Source: Thiomicrospira cyclica (GTDB lineage: Bacteria > Pseudomonadota > Gammaproteobacteria > Thiomicrospirales > Thiomicrospiraceae). From it: 64,000 bases of DNA. The stretch lies in the NCBI GenBank assembly GCA_022736205.1, contig DZAT01000002.1, positions 19,308 through 83,307 of the forward strand, written 5' to 3'. The position numbers and the translations under genes were made by a program. Below the pieces are notes generated by a model, which was given only the letters and a program-made list of their open reading frames with translations, did no database searches and had not been told where the DNA came from. Below, in pieces: positions 56,701 to 64,000 of the stretch; positions within the stretch are counted from its first letter, which is position 1; the number at the start of each line of letters is the position of its first letter.

Positions 56701-57801
56701 CTTAGCATTAGCAGACTTACCATAGTCACGTGAAATGGTCACGCTCACATTATCAGGAATCAGTCGACCTTTGAGCTGTTGTAACTTATCGAGTGCTGCA
56801 TTAGCAACAGAAACACCATTCGTGCCGTGCTTCTTAGCAATCGCGACCGTAACAGAAGGAATACCTTCTGACAGTGGCTTGCCTTCCGCATCAAACAAAG
56901 GATAATGCATCACCATATCAGCAATATCTTTATCGCCTTCTGTCACCAAAGCGACATCTCGTACATAAATGGGTGCGCCATCATGCACTGCAACCATCAG
57001 ATTCGCGACATCTCGCGAAGAACGCAAAAAAGAACCTGTATAAACGTTGAAGGATTTATTCCAACCTTCAATTTTACCTAAATCCGTTTCAGAGTTAGCC
57101 GCTTCAATGGTACGCCCGAGCTGATCAAGCGTTACGCCATAACCAGAAAGACGTTCGGGTAACACTTCTACTTTAACCTGACGCGACTGCCCACCCACAA
57201 CAAAACCCTGCGACACACCATCGTTAATCGATAGTTCTTGTAGCACATCTTGACCGAGTAAGCGTAACTCACTGCCAGTTAAGTCTTTTGATGACAAGGT
57301 AAACGTGATGACAGGAACATCGTCAACGCTTTTAGGCTTAACAATCGGCTCCATTGTACCGGGCGGTACAACATCGCGATGCGAACTCAGCTTATCGTAG
57401 ACCTTAACCAAGGACTCTTCTAACGGTTCGCCCACATTGAACTGCACAGCAACCAACGCTTGTCCACGTCTGGCAACAGAATAAACATGATCGACACCAG
57501 GAATTTCGTGCAACGCACGCTCTAGCGGCTGTGCAACCAAAGCATTCGCTTGCTCTGCTGACGAACCTGGATAAGCGACCATAATGTCGACAAGCGGAAC
57601 AGAAATTTGAGGATCTTCTTGTCGTGGTGTTAGCATCAAGCCGACAATACCAACAAACAAACTCAACAATAACAACAGTGGCGTAATGGGTGACCGAATA
57701 AAAGATCTTGCCGTCTTGCCTGCCAACCCTTGATCGTCAAAGGATTCTGCCGATTTTCCGAGCAAGTCTTGTAATGATTTATCTTCTACGTGTGCGCTCA
57801 T
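53797..57801 (-). CDS. AcrB-type RND efflux permease with about 280-aa disordered C-terminal extension
   Basis: 1334 aa with 12-TM RND topology. The TM4 motif is SIGILVDDAVVVLENIYRR. The last ~280 residues (A/V/P/T/E-rich, ending KRPRRGIRIKGQE) have no counterpart in standard ~1040-aa RND pumps. Confidence 0.85.
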   Translation of the reverse strand: MSAHVEDKSLQDLLGKSAESFDDQGLAGKTARSFIRSPITPLLLLLSLFVGIVGLMLTPRQEDPQISVPLVDIMVAYPGSSAEQANALVAQPLERALHEIPGVDHVYSVARRGQALVAVQFNVGEPLEESLVKVYDKLSSHRDVVPPGTMEPIVKPKSVDDVPVITFTLSSKDLTGSELRLLGQDVLQELSINDGVSQGFVVGGQSRQVKVEVLPERLSGYGVTLDQLGRTIEAANSETDLGKIEGWNKSFNVYTGSFLRSSRDVANLMVAVHDGAPIYVRDVALVTEGDKDIADMVMHYPLFDAEGKPLSEGIPSVTVAIAKKHGTNGVSVANAALDKLQQLKGRLIPDNVSVTISRDYGKSANAKVNELIFKLFIATGAVTLLVWFFLGWRPALVVAIVIPVVILVTVFIAWLGDYTIDRVSLFALIFSIGILVDDAVVVLENIYRRWLIDGSTRDEISIDATAEVGNPTIVATLAVIAALMPMAFVSGMMGPYMEPIPSLGSAAMAFSLFAAFAFTPWLAARIKPSMEQLQKDAIKEHKQSEKIERFFRRLLGSLILDKAKGWMFLGVILVAFFVSVLLLVSTAVTVKLLPFDNKSDFSVVVNFPEGTALPVTASLTEEIVQALRQVPEITSMETYVGTAAPFDFNGLVRHYYLRDEPWQADIQVHLLGKKDRLRPSHEIAEAVRPLLQPLADRAGARIQIVEAPPGPPVLQAVVAEVYGPDADTRRKVAEDLTAIFKKSDNITDVDNLLQSPYDIWRFEVDVSKAVRRGISIDVINKTLAMAMGNFRVGDAKQGLVREAVYIVLQVPQAYRTEFARLGQIPVPSQMGGTVPLAELGHFIKDTQQQVIYHKDLQPLEYVIANTTGRLGAPIYGMLQVSDFLEDYVSPDGVTVKGSYAGVPVDTYRSGFEWGGEWTVTYETFRDMGLAFGVALVLIYMLVVWEFKNFMVPVIVMAPIPLTLIGIIPGHWIIGAEFTATSMIGFIALAGIIVRNSLLLVDFARQEIAKGVPIVDAVIYSCQARTRPILITGAALVLGSSVILFDPIFQGMAVSLMFGVIVSTMLTLIVIPLGCVSARAAMCSTMNQGMTNPPAAGCSGSLDVKLESPAHAGDIHVHPVHALQPLTVAPADVFSKVSKPTDKIENELVSTPAPAYYQRHEIELVSVEQEKATTDHLVTPLEVHVVMAEPARVELTESHAAEPTPMPADVVKPLEAQSQAGASTEIKASVVLPEEMGTPNVVVVAPIVSQPIPEPAFATTDAAVTQAKTAEQSLEKPIQPKRNARTVKVATQASTVVDTVAKAKAERAVVPPSVTEAPKNLSKRPRRGIRIKGQE

Positions 57802-57819
57802 AATCTTATATTCACTTTT

Positions 57820-58959
57820 TTAATGAGGAATGACATCGTCGCCACGCACAACCCAACCAGAGGCTGCTGCTTTGGGAGGTTGCGTTAGGATACGCTCACC
57901 TTCTTTTACACCAGACAACACCATAATACGATCATTACCCACATCACGACCCAAACGCACAACTCGCATTTCTAACGTATCTTGACTGTTGACCACATAG
58001 ACACTAGGCAAACTACCTCTTTTGACGATGGCACTCTTAGGTAATACAGGCATTACCTCGCGCATATCCATCGCATTAGGAACCATTACCTCGGCATACA
58101 TACCAGGACCAGCACTCACACCAACAGGCAAATCAAACTTAACTTTAACCGTGTGCTGCTGCGCATCAGCAACAGGGTAAACCTGAGCGACGCGTGCCTG
58201 TGTATCGCCAACTTGATCAAGGTGCGCACGAACCACATCGCCACGCTCCATTTTACCCATCAGGCGCACAGGAACGTTAACCTCAATGCACAAATGACCA
58301 CTCTGAGCATATTTAACCAATGGCTGACCTGGCGAGACAGTATCACCCGCTTCAACCATTTTCTTAATAATCAAACCAGAAAAAGGCGCTTGAGAGCGTG
58401 CATCACGGATTTTAGTATCTAAGGCTTCCAGCGATGCTTGCGCACTCATCACATCAGCATTGGCTTGCTGCACACCCGAATTACGGCTGTACAAGTCGGC
58501 TTGACGCGTCACCCGATCATCTTCGTAGCCCATAATGCGTCCCATAGGACGAGAAAAGGTTTGATCAAACATGCCTGGCATAGCAAACCCAGGTGCTTTG
58601 CTAACACTGCGACTCTGCGGACTCCATAATTCACGTTGATATTCTGTTTGGGCATTTGCCAAGCCTGCTTGCGTTTTATTAATACCTGCAACCAGCGCAC
58701 GACGTTGCGCTTGCAAATCACCATCTTCTATGGCAACCAGCAATTCACCTGCGTTGAAACGATCCCCTTCAATCCCACCTAAATAATTAACACGTCCAGG
58801 AACTTGAGCTGTTAGAACCACCTCACGATAAGGAACAACTGTGCCGCCCAAAACAACATATGCATCATATGATTCAATTTTGACTGACTCAATGGCTGCT
58901 GTTGCCATTTGTGCTGACAACGACAAACTTGCAGCGACCAACAGTGTTAACAGGTGCAT
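57820..58959 (-). CDS. RND efflux periplasmic adaptor (MFP/HlyD-like)
   Basis: 379 aa. It has a signal peptide, the lipoyl/barrel-sandwich motifs VPGRVNYL and FSGLIIKKMVEAGDTVSPGQPL, and a coiled-coil hairpin. Confidence 0.85.
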   Translation of the reverse strand: MHLLTLLVAASLSLSAQMATAAIESVKIESYDAYVVLGGTVVPYREVVLTAQVPGRVNYLGGIEGDRFNAGELLVAIEDGDLQAQRRALVAGINKTQAGLANAQTEYQRELWSPQSRSVSKAPGFAMPGMFDQTFSRPMGRIMGYEDDRVTRQADLYSRNSGVQQANADVMSAQASLEALDTKIRDARSQAPFSGLIIKKMVEAGDTVSPGQPLVKYAQSGHLCIEVNVPVRLMGKMERGDVVRAHLDQVGDTQARVAQVYPVADAQQHTVKVKFDLPVGVSAGPGMYAEVMVPNAMDMREVMPVLPKSAIVKRGSLPSVYVVNSQDTLEMRVVRLGRDVGNDRIMVLSGVKEGERILTQPPKAAASGWVVRGDDVIPH

Positions 58960-59243
58960 TCTATTTTCTCCTTTGCTTACCCTTTAGTTTTAGCGCCATG
59001 CTAGACAATAAAGGGAACTGTAATTTAATACTATATTAGCGATACTCGTACAAAACGCATACCTAAATATTTTTATTGCGCTATAAGCACGATCAAAAGC
59101 AAGTCAAAAACAGAGAAAAAAATAGTCAAATCATAAACAATAAAATGGCAATAGCTAACAGATTCAAAACACTAAAACATAAAACATGCGCAAAAATAGC
59201 ACTAGGTACAATTAAAGACTGACATCAAATTAATTGATTTAGC

Positions 59244-60191
<948 letters not shown>

Positions 60192-60317
60192 CTACACTAA
60201 AACCGTTATGAGCAGCCAGAGTAGGCGGCGCAAGGCGCGCAACACAAGGAGCCTACATCAGTAGGTGACGCAGTGTGAGCACTGAAGCAACAAACTAATC
60301 TGGGTGCGCAATAGGTT

Positions 60318-60635
60318 TTAACGACGGCAGTTGTAAATCCCGAATCGCTGCTTACCATCAGCCAAACGCTCTTCGCGTACAACCGCATCACCACCAATAT
60401 CAGGCGCACTATTGCGCGCCAATATCGCAAGCTCAGCATCCATTTTTTCAATACTACGATCAATGCCTGCAACGGTATCTTTTACCGCAACAATCGTTGA
60501 ACCCAAACGATCACAACCAGAAACTTCTGATTGCTTTAATAAAACAACTTTCTCACCTTTCTCGCTAACGTTCACAAATGAACAGCCCGCAATTAAAGAT
60601 GTTGCCAAGACAACCGATAGTGCTAATAAACGCAT
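60318..60635 (-). CDS. Small lipoprotein (DUF4156-like)
   Basis: ATG 60635 gives MRLLALSVVLATSLIAGCSF (lipobox). About 105 aa ending FGIYNCRR. The longer track ORF (to 60824) would overlap uppP. Confidence 0.55.
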   Translation of the reverse strand: MRLLALSVVLATSLIAGCSFVNVSEKGEKVVLLKQSEVSGCDRLGSTIVAVKDTVAGIDRSIEKMDAELAILARNSAPDIGGDAVVREERLADGKQRFGIYNCRR

Positions 60636-60646
60636 GTCAATGCCCC

Positions 60647-61465
60647 TTATAAAAAATACCATAAAACAAATACACCAAAAACAATACGATACCAAGCGAA
60701 AACCGTAAAGGTATGACTGGCAACGTAACGCAATAATGCCTTTACGGCAATCATCGCCGCAATAAAAGACATAATAAAACCGAGTGCAAACATCGGCAAG
60801 TCTGCCAACGTAAACAGTTCCCAACTTTTATGCACATCATAGACAGTTGCTGCAATCATGGTCGGAATGGCCAAGAAGAAGGAAAACTCAGTTGCAGCGG
60901 TGCGTGATAAGCCAAAAATCAATCCGCCCATAATCGTAGCACCCGAACGAGACGTACCAGGAATCAGCGCTAACGACTGAGCCGCACCCACTTTAAGTGC
61001 GTCGTGCCATTGCATGTCATCGACGGTTTGAATTCGTGGCGGTACATGCGCCATACGTTTTTCGACCAACAAAATAACAAAGCCACCGATAATGAGTGCC
61101 ACGGCAACCGTAATCGGACTCCACAATAAGGTTTTAATCGCACCATGAAACAGTAATCCCAGTATCGCCGCTGGCAAAAAAGCGATCATTAAGTTGGTGG
61201 CAAAACGCCATGCAGCCGCATCGCGCTGCACCATGCCGATGGTAACGCTGGCTACCTTTTGTCGATACGCCCAAACAATCGCTAAAATGGCTGCCAATTG
61301 AATGGCGATTTCGAAAACCTTACCTTTTTCGTCATTGAAGTTGAGCATGTCACCAAAAATGATGAGATGCCCTGTGCTTGAAATCGGCAAAAATTCGGTT
61401 AGCCCTTCGACAACACCTAATAGCGCCGCCTTAAGCAATAAAACAATATCTAATTCCATCATCAC
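60647..61465 (-). CDS. uppP: Undecaprenyl-diphosphate phosphatase
   Basis: 272 aa. [11 protein letters not shown] and [10 protein letters not shown] are the BacA/UppP signature motifs. Confidence 0.92.
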   Translation of the reverse strand: MMMELDIVLLLKAALLGVVEGLTEFLPISSTGHLIIFGDMLNFNDEKGKVFEIAIQLAAILAIVWAYRQKVASVTIGMVQRDAAAWRFATNLMIAFLPAAILGLLFHGAIKTLLWSPITVAVALIIGGFVILLVEKRMAHVPPRIQTVDDMQWHDALKVGAAQSLALIPGTSRSGATIMGGLIFGLSRTAATEFSFFLAIPTMIAATVYDVHKSWELFTLADLPMFALGFIMSFIAAMIAVKALLRYVASHTFTVFAWYRIVFGVFVLWYFL

Positions 61466-61469
61466 TCTC

Positions 61470-62216
61470 TTATACGTAACCGACTGGTTTTTTGACTTTA
61501 ATCACCGTTTCTTGTAGTCGAGATAAGGCAAACAACAGCATGGTTAATGCATCTGCTGGTTCTTCCAGTGCTTCGCTCACTTCTTCTTTCATCAACTCAA
61601 GCAAATCCGCTTTACTGTGCATCAGTTCTAATTCACCGCCATCTAAGTCGTCAGAGATAATGATATTTCCCGCTGCATCGGCATCTTTAAGCGCCTGAAT
61701 AACATAAATTTCTGTCCATGCATCTTCATCGCTACGCTCTGCCCATTTTTCTTCTTGCGCTTCGATACCTAAGGCGAACCCCGTGCACCAAGCAGCAACG
61801 TCAGCGGCTTCATCATCATCTTCGCCCACCGAAATGCAAGGAAAGTAGTCACTTAAATCGGTTTTGCGAAACTGATGTACCGCACTATTGTAATGACGAA
61901 TCAATAAATTACGCGTACGCTGAGTGGTTTCCTTATTGGACAGTGTCCCTTCACCAAAGATCACTGTCATCCAGTCGGCAATCGGCATAATGGAAGGGCT
62001 TAACGCTAAAGCAGCAAATAAACCATCGACGGCATCGAGCCGTAGTGGCTGATGCGCATCATGATCATCTGGATCGACACTATTGGCAAGCGCTTCTAAC
62101 AGTGCCTCTAATACATCGAGTTCGTTATCCGTTAAGGGATTGTACACCGCTTTAACAGGTTTGGGTTTTTGACCTAACTGAGTGGCGACAACTGGTTTTT
62201 TATGGGATACACTCAT
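61470..62216 (-). CDS. UPF0149 (YgfB/YecA N-domain-like) family protein without SEC-C motif
   Basis: 248 aa. The acidic segment [24 protein letters not shown]...WCTGFALG parallels the downstream paralog. Confidence 0.55.
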   Translation of the reverse strand: MSVSHKKPVVATQLGQKPKPVKAVYNPLTDNELDVLEALLEALANSVDPDDHDAHQPLRLDAVDGLFAALALSPSIMPIADWMTVIFGEGTLSNKETTQRTRNLLIRHYNSAVHQFRKTDLSDYFPCISVGEDDDEAADVAAWCTGFALGIEAQEEKWAERSDEDAWTEIYVIQALKDADAAGNIIISDDLDGGELELMHSKADLLELMKEEVSEALEEPADALTMLLFALSRLQETVIKVKKPVGYV

Positions 62217-62253
62217 ACTAGACTATTGATCCTTCGTTAAAATTTGATTGGCA

Positions 62254-63027
62254 TTAATGCAACTGGCGATTGCTAGACCCACAACATTCTGTAAACACCT
62301 TGCCGCTGCCACAAGGGCACACGTTTACCTTATTGGGATGCAATAAATGATCACGTAAATGCATCACGCACGTCTCTAAAAGCACATCCCATCCTGCTAA
62401 GGGGTCGAAATGAGCACGATAATCATCTAGCGCATCATGCGCCATGCGTCGCATGGCAATAGACGTTTGATCCACTTCGTCCTCACCGACTTCATCGTCT
62501 GCAGGACGCTTCTCGAAATCGGGCGGAGCGAGAATGGTCATGGCGTAAATTAAATCGAGCATCGCACCATCACCTTCATGCCGAATCACATCTAACCACG
62601 CATCGGTGCGTAAATGCACACCTGCAATAAAGCCATGACACCAATCGGATACCCAAGGCTGTTCGACATTATGTTGACTGAACAAAAACAAAGGCGCGTA
62701 ATCAGGTGGACTCGCCTCGCGCATACCCAATTGCACTTGATGGTAATGACGCATGAGTAACGCGATGATTGATGTTGCTTCTTGCTCACTGGAAAAAGCT
62801 GGCAACTCGCCCAATACCCAAGCCATCCACTCTGTGGGTGAAATCAGTTCGGGGCTGATGGCAAGTGCATTAAAAAAGCCATCAACAGCAGACAAAGACA
62901 GTGACTCATCGTGATGTTCAAGCGTGCTTAAAAAGTCGGCAAGCATATCCAGTTCATCGTCGCTCAATGGCAAATCGCTACTGGGCACATCAATGCTTAA
63001 TGTATACTTTTCTGGCATATCGCTCAT
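62254..63027 (-). CDS. YecA-like UPF0149 family protein with C-terminal SEC-C metal-binding motif
   Basis: ATG 63027 overlaps the tsaC stop as ATGA. It has LSAVDGFFNALAISPELISPTEWM...WCHGFIAG and a C-terminal CPCGSGKVFTECCG. Confidence 0.7.
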   Translation of the reverse strand: MSDMPEKYTLSIDVPSSDLPLSDDELDMLADFLSTLEHHDESLSLSAVDGFFNALAISPELISPTEWMAWVLGELPAFSSEQEATSIIALLMRHYHQVQLGMREASPPDYAPLFLFSQHNVEQPWVSDWCHGFIAGVHLRTDAWLDVIRHEGDGAMLDLIYAMTILAPPDFEKRPADDEVGEDEVDQTSIAMRRMAHDALDDYRAHFDPLAGWDVLLETCVMHLRDHLLHPNKVNVCPCGSGKVFTECCGSSNRQLH

Positions 63028-63578
63028 GTTCTTACCCACGCCCCCGTTAACAAGTCTCGAATGGGTGTAGGACGGTCATCGACACCTAATGCACCCATCA
63101 ACACGCCTGCAAAAGCAGACTGTGTCGCAAAAGTCTGTTCCACGCAAGCAGCATGAAGACAAGGCGGTTGACCATGAGTGTTAGCACTGGTCGATACAAC
63201 TGCCCCACCAAACGCATCGCATAACGCACACACGTCAGGATGCTTTGTCCAACGCAATGCAATCGTATCTCTGCCACCCGTCAACCATAAAGGCACATCC
63301 GTAGCAACAGGAACAATCCACGTTAAGGCATCGGGCCAGCTCGATACCAGTGTTGCTTGCTGAAAGTCACTGAGTGGCGACATGTAAGCAATCAGTTGTT
63401 GCCAGTTCGACCCAACCACAATCAAGCCCATACCTTGAGGGCGTTGCTTGAGTTGCCAAATGTCAGCAACCGATTGCTCATTCATCGGATCACAGCCTAA
63501 ACCATACACCGCTTCTGTGGGGTAAGCAACGACTTTCCCAGCCTGCAGGGCGTTAGCTGCCTGAACAACACTCAACAT
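63024..63578 (-). CDS. tsaC: L-threonylcarbamoyladenylate synthase (Sua5/YrdC/TsaC family)
   Basis: ATG 63578 gives MLSVVQAANALQAGKVVAYPTEAVYGLGCDP, the canonical YrdC N-terminus. The track start at 63638 is 20 codons upstream. Confidence 0.8.
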   Translation of the reverse strand: MLSVVQAANALQAGKVVAYPTEAVYGLGCDPMNEQSVADIWQLKQRPQGMGLIVVGSNWQQLIAYMSPLSDFQQATLVSSWPDALTWIVPVATDVPLWLTGGRDTIALRWTKHPDVCALCDAFGGAVVSTSANTHGQPPCLHAACVEQTFATQSAFAGVLMGALGVDDRPTPIRDLLTGAWVRT

Positions 63579-63579
63579 C

Positions 63580-64000
63580 TCAACCGACCAAAGGTGGACA
63601 ATGCTCACGCAACCACAATAATAAGCGTTGAAAAACAAGCGGATCTTTGGTCTGGGTTAACTCGCCCGCCCTAGGCATTAACTGATCGTGTAAACGAGAT
63701 AAGAAAAAGCGTAAAGCAGCACGACGCGCTACCGCAGGCCAAAGCCGCTTTTCTGCATCCGTCCATGCGCGCTCACTGGCATAACTTAATAACAACTCAC
63801 GCGCCCAAACCGTGTTAATCGTTAGATCTGGCGCTCGACACCAATCGTTCATGGCTACGGCGACATCGTAGAGCCAAACACCATGACAGGCATAGTAAAG
63901 GTCGATAATGCCTGTCAGCGCTTCGCCATCAAACAGCGCATTATCTAAAAACAAATCGGCATGAATCACACCCATCGGTAAAACCGAAAAATCGTGTTGC
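63580..64000 (-). CDS. thrB: Homoserine kinase type II (APH-fold ThrB), 3' part; the gene start lies right of the window
   Basis: GVIHADLFLDNALFDGEALTGIIDLYYAC is the kinase catalytic and Mg-binding segment of the ThrB-type APH family. The frame is open to the window end. Confidence 0.7.
   Translation of the reverse strand, partial: QHDFSVLPMGVIHADLFLDNALFDGEALTGIIDLYYACHGVWLYDVAVAMNDWCRAPDLTINTVWARELLLSYASERAWTDAEKRLWPAVARRAALRFFLSRLHDQLMPRAGELTQTKDPLVFQRLLLWLREHCPPLVG

Noticed and set aside
53797-57801. RND pump as a Cus/Czc-type heavy-metal exporter, suggested by its Met-rich neighbours
   Set aside because: The TM4 motif GILVDDAVVVLEN resembles generic AcrB-type pumps. It does not resemble the heavy-metal-efflux signature as I recall it (DFG...DGA...VEN in CzcA). 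Composition of the neighbours alone is not evidence.
60221-60265. GC-rich inverted repeat GTAGGC...GCCTAC...GTAGG between hemF and the lipoprotein gene, considered as a REP, sRNA or terminator
   Set aside because: The stem is only 6 bp with a 24-nt loop, there is no U-tract, and it has no similarity to the other REP-like copies. The 88-aa ORF over it (60206-60472) has no coding features.
60636-60824. N-terminal 63 codons of the 168-aa track ORF
   Set aside because: They would overlap the uppP 3' end. A lipoprotein signal peptide with a lipobox starts at the internal ATG 60635.

Overview
Chromosomal segment of a Gammaproteobacterium. The gene order supports this: aroK-aroB, gmk...rpoZ-spoT, ccoNOQP plus ccoGHI, hisB-H-A-F, exbB-exbD-tonB, ppk-ppx. 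The genus cannot be determined from the window; a moderate-GC marine Thiotrichales-like organism is only a guess. I support about 70 protein genes. By eye I found no rRNA, tRNA, CRISPR array, transposase or integrase. All family calls rest on motifs read from the translated ORFs and on gene context; no searches were run. Most of the window is housekeeping: LPS core, cbb3 oxidase and its assembly genes, histidine and shikimate biosynthesis, the stringent response, polyphosphate, TonB, heme, and cell envelope. Accessory content stands out in five places. (1) An AT-rich four-gene cassette (20195-22769) is wedged between aroB and rimO with overlapping stop/start codons. It encodes an NgoPII-like restriction-endonuclease homolog, a BglII/BamHI-like nuclease-fold protein, a small RelA/SpoT-type nucleotidyltransferase and a basic unknown protein. 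No DNA methyltransferase is present anywhere in the window. This is my best candidate for an undescribed defence or toxin system. (2) An eight-gene operon (48880-58959) combines an RND pump carrying a long disordered tail, its adaptor, two secreted proteins of extreme low complexity (Gly/Asn/Tyr-rich and Met/Pro-rich), a ParA-like ATPase, a Pro/Met-rich TPR membrane protein, a Met-rich coiled-coil membrane protein and a membrane-anchored dynamin/EHD-like GTPase. I cannot assign this set to any known system. (3) An AT-rich islet (34268-36553) encodes TerB-domain, DUF2628-like and secreted proteins. (4) Toxin-antitoxin modules are nested inside housekeeping operons: BrnT/BrnA between hisA and hisF, and a ParE-like pair between hldD and an O-antigen-ligase gene, plus a toxin remnant next to ccoI. 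(5) Smaller items include a frameshifted chemoreceptor gene, REP-like palindromes, an unlisted 45-codon ORF in the cco cluster, and tandem paralog pairs.
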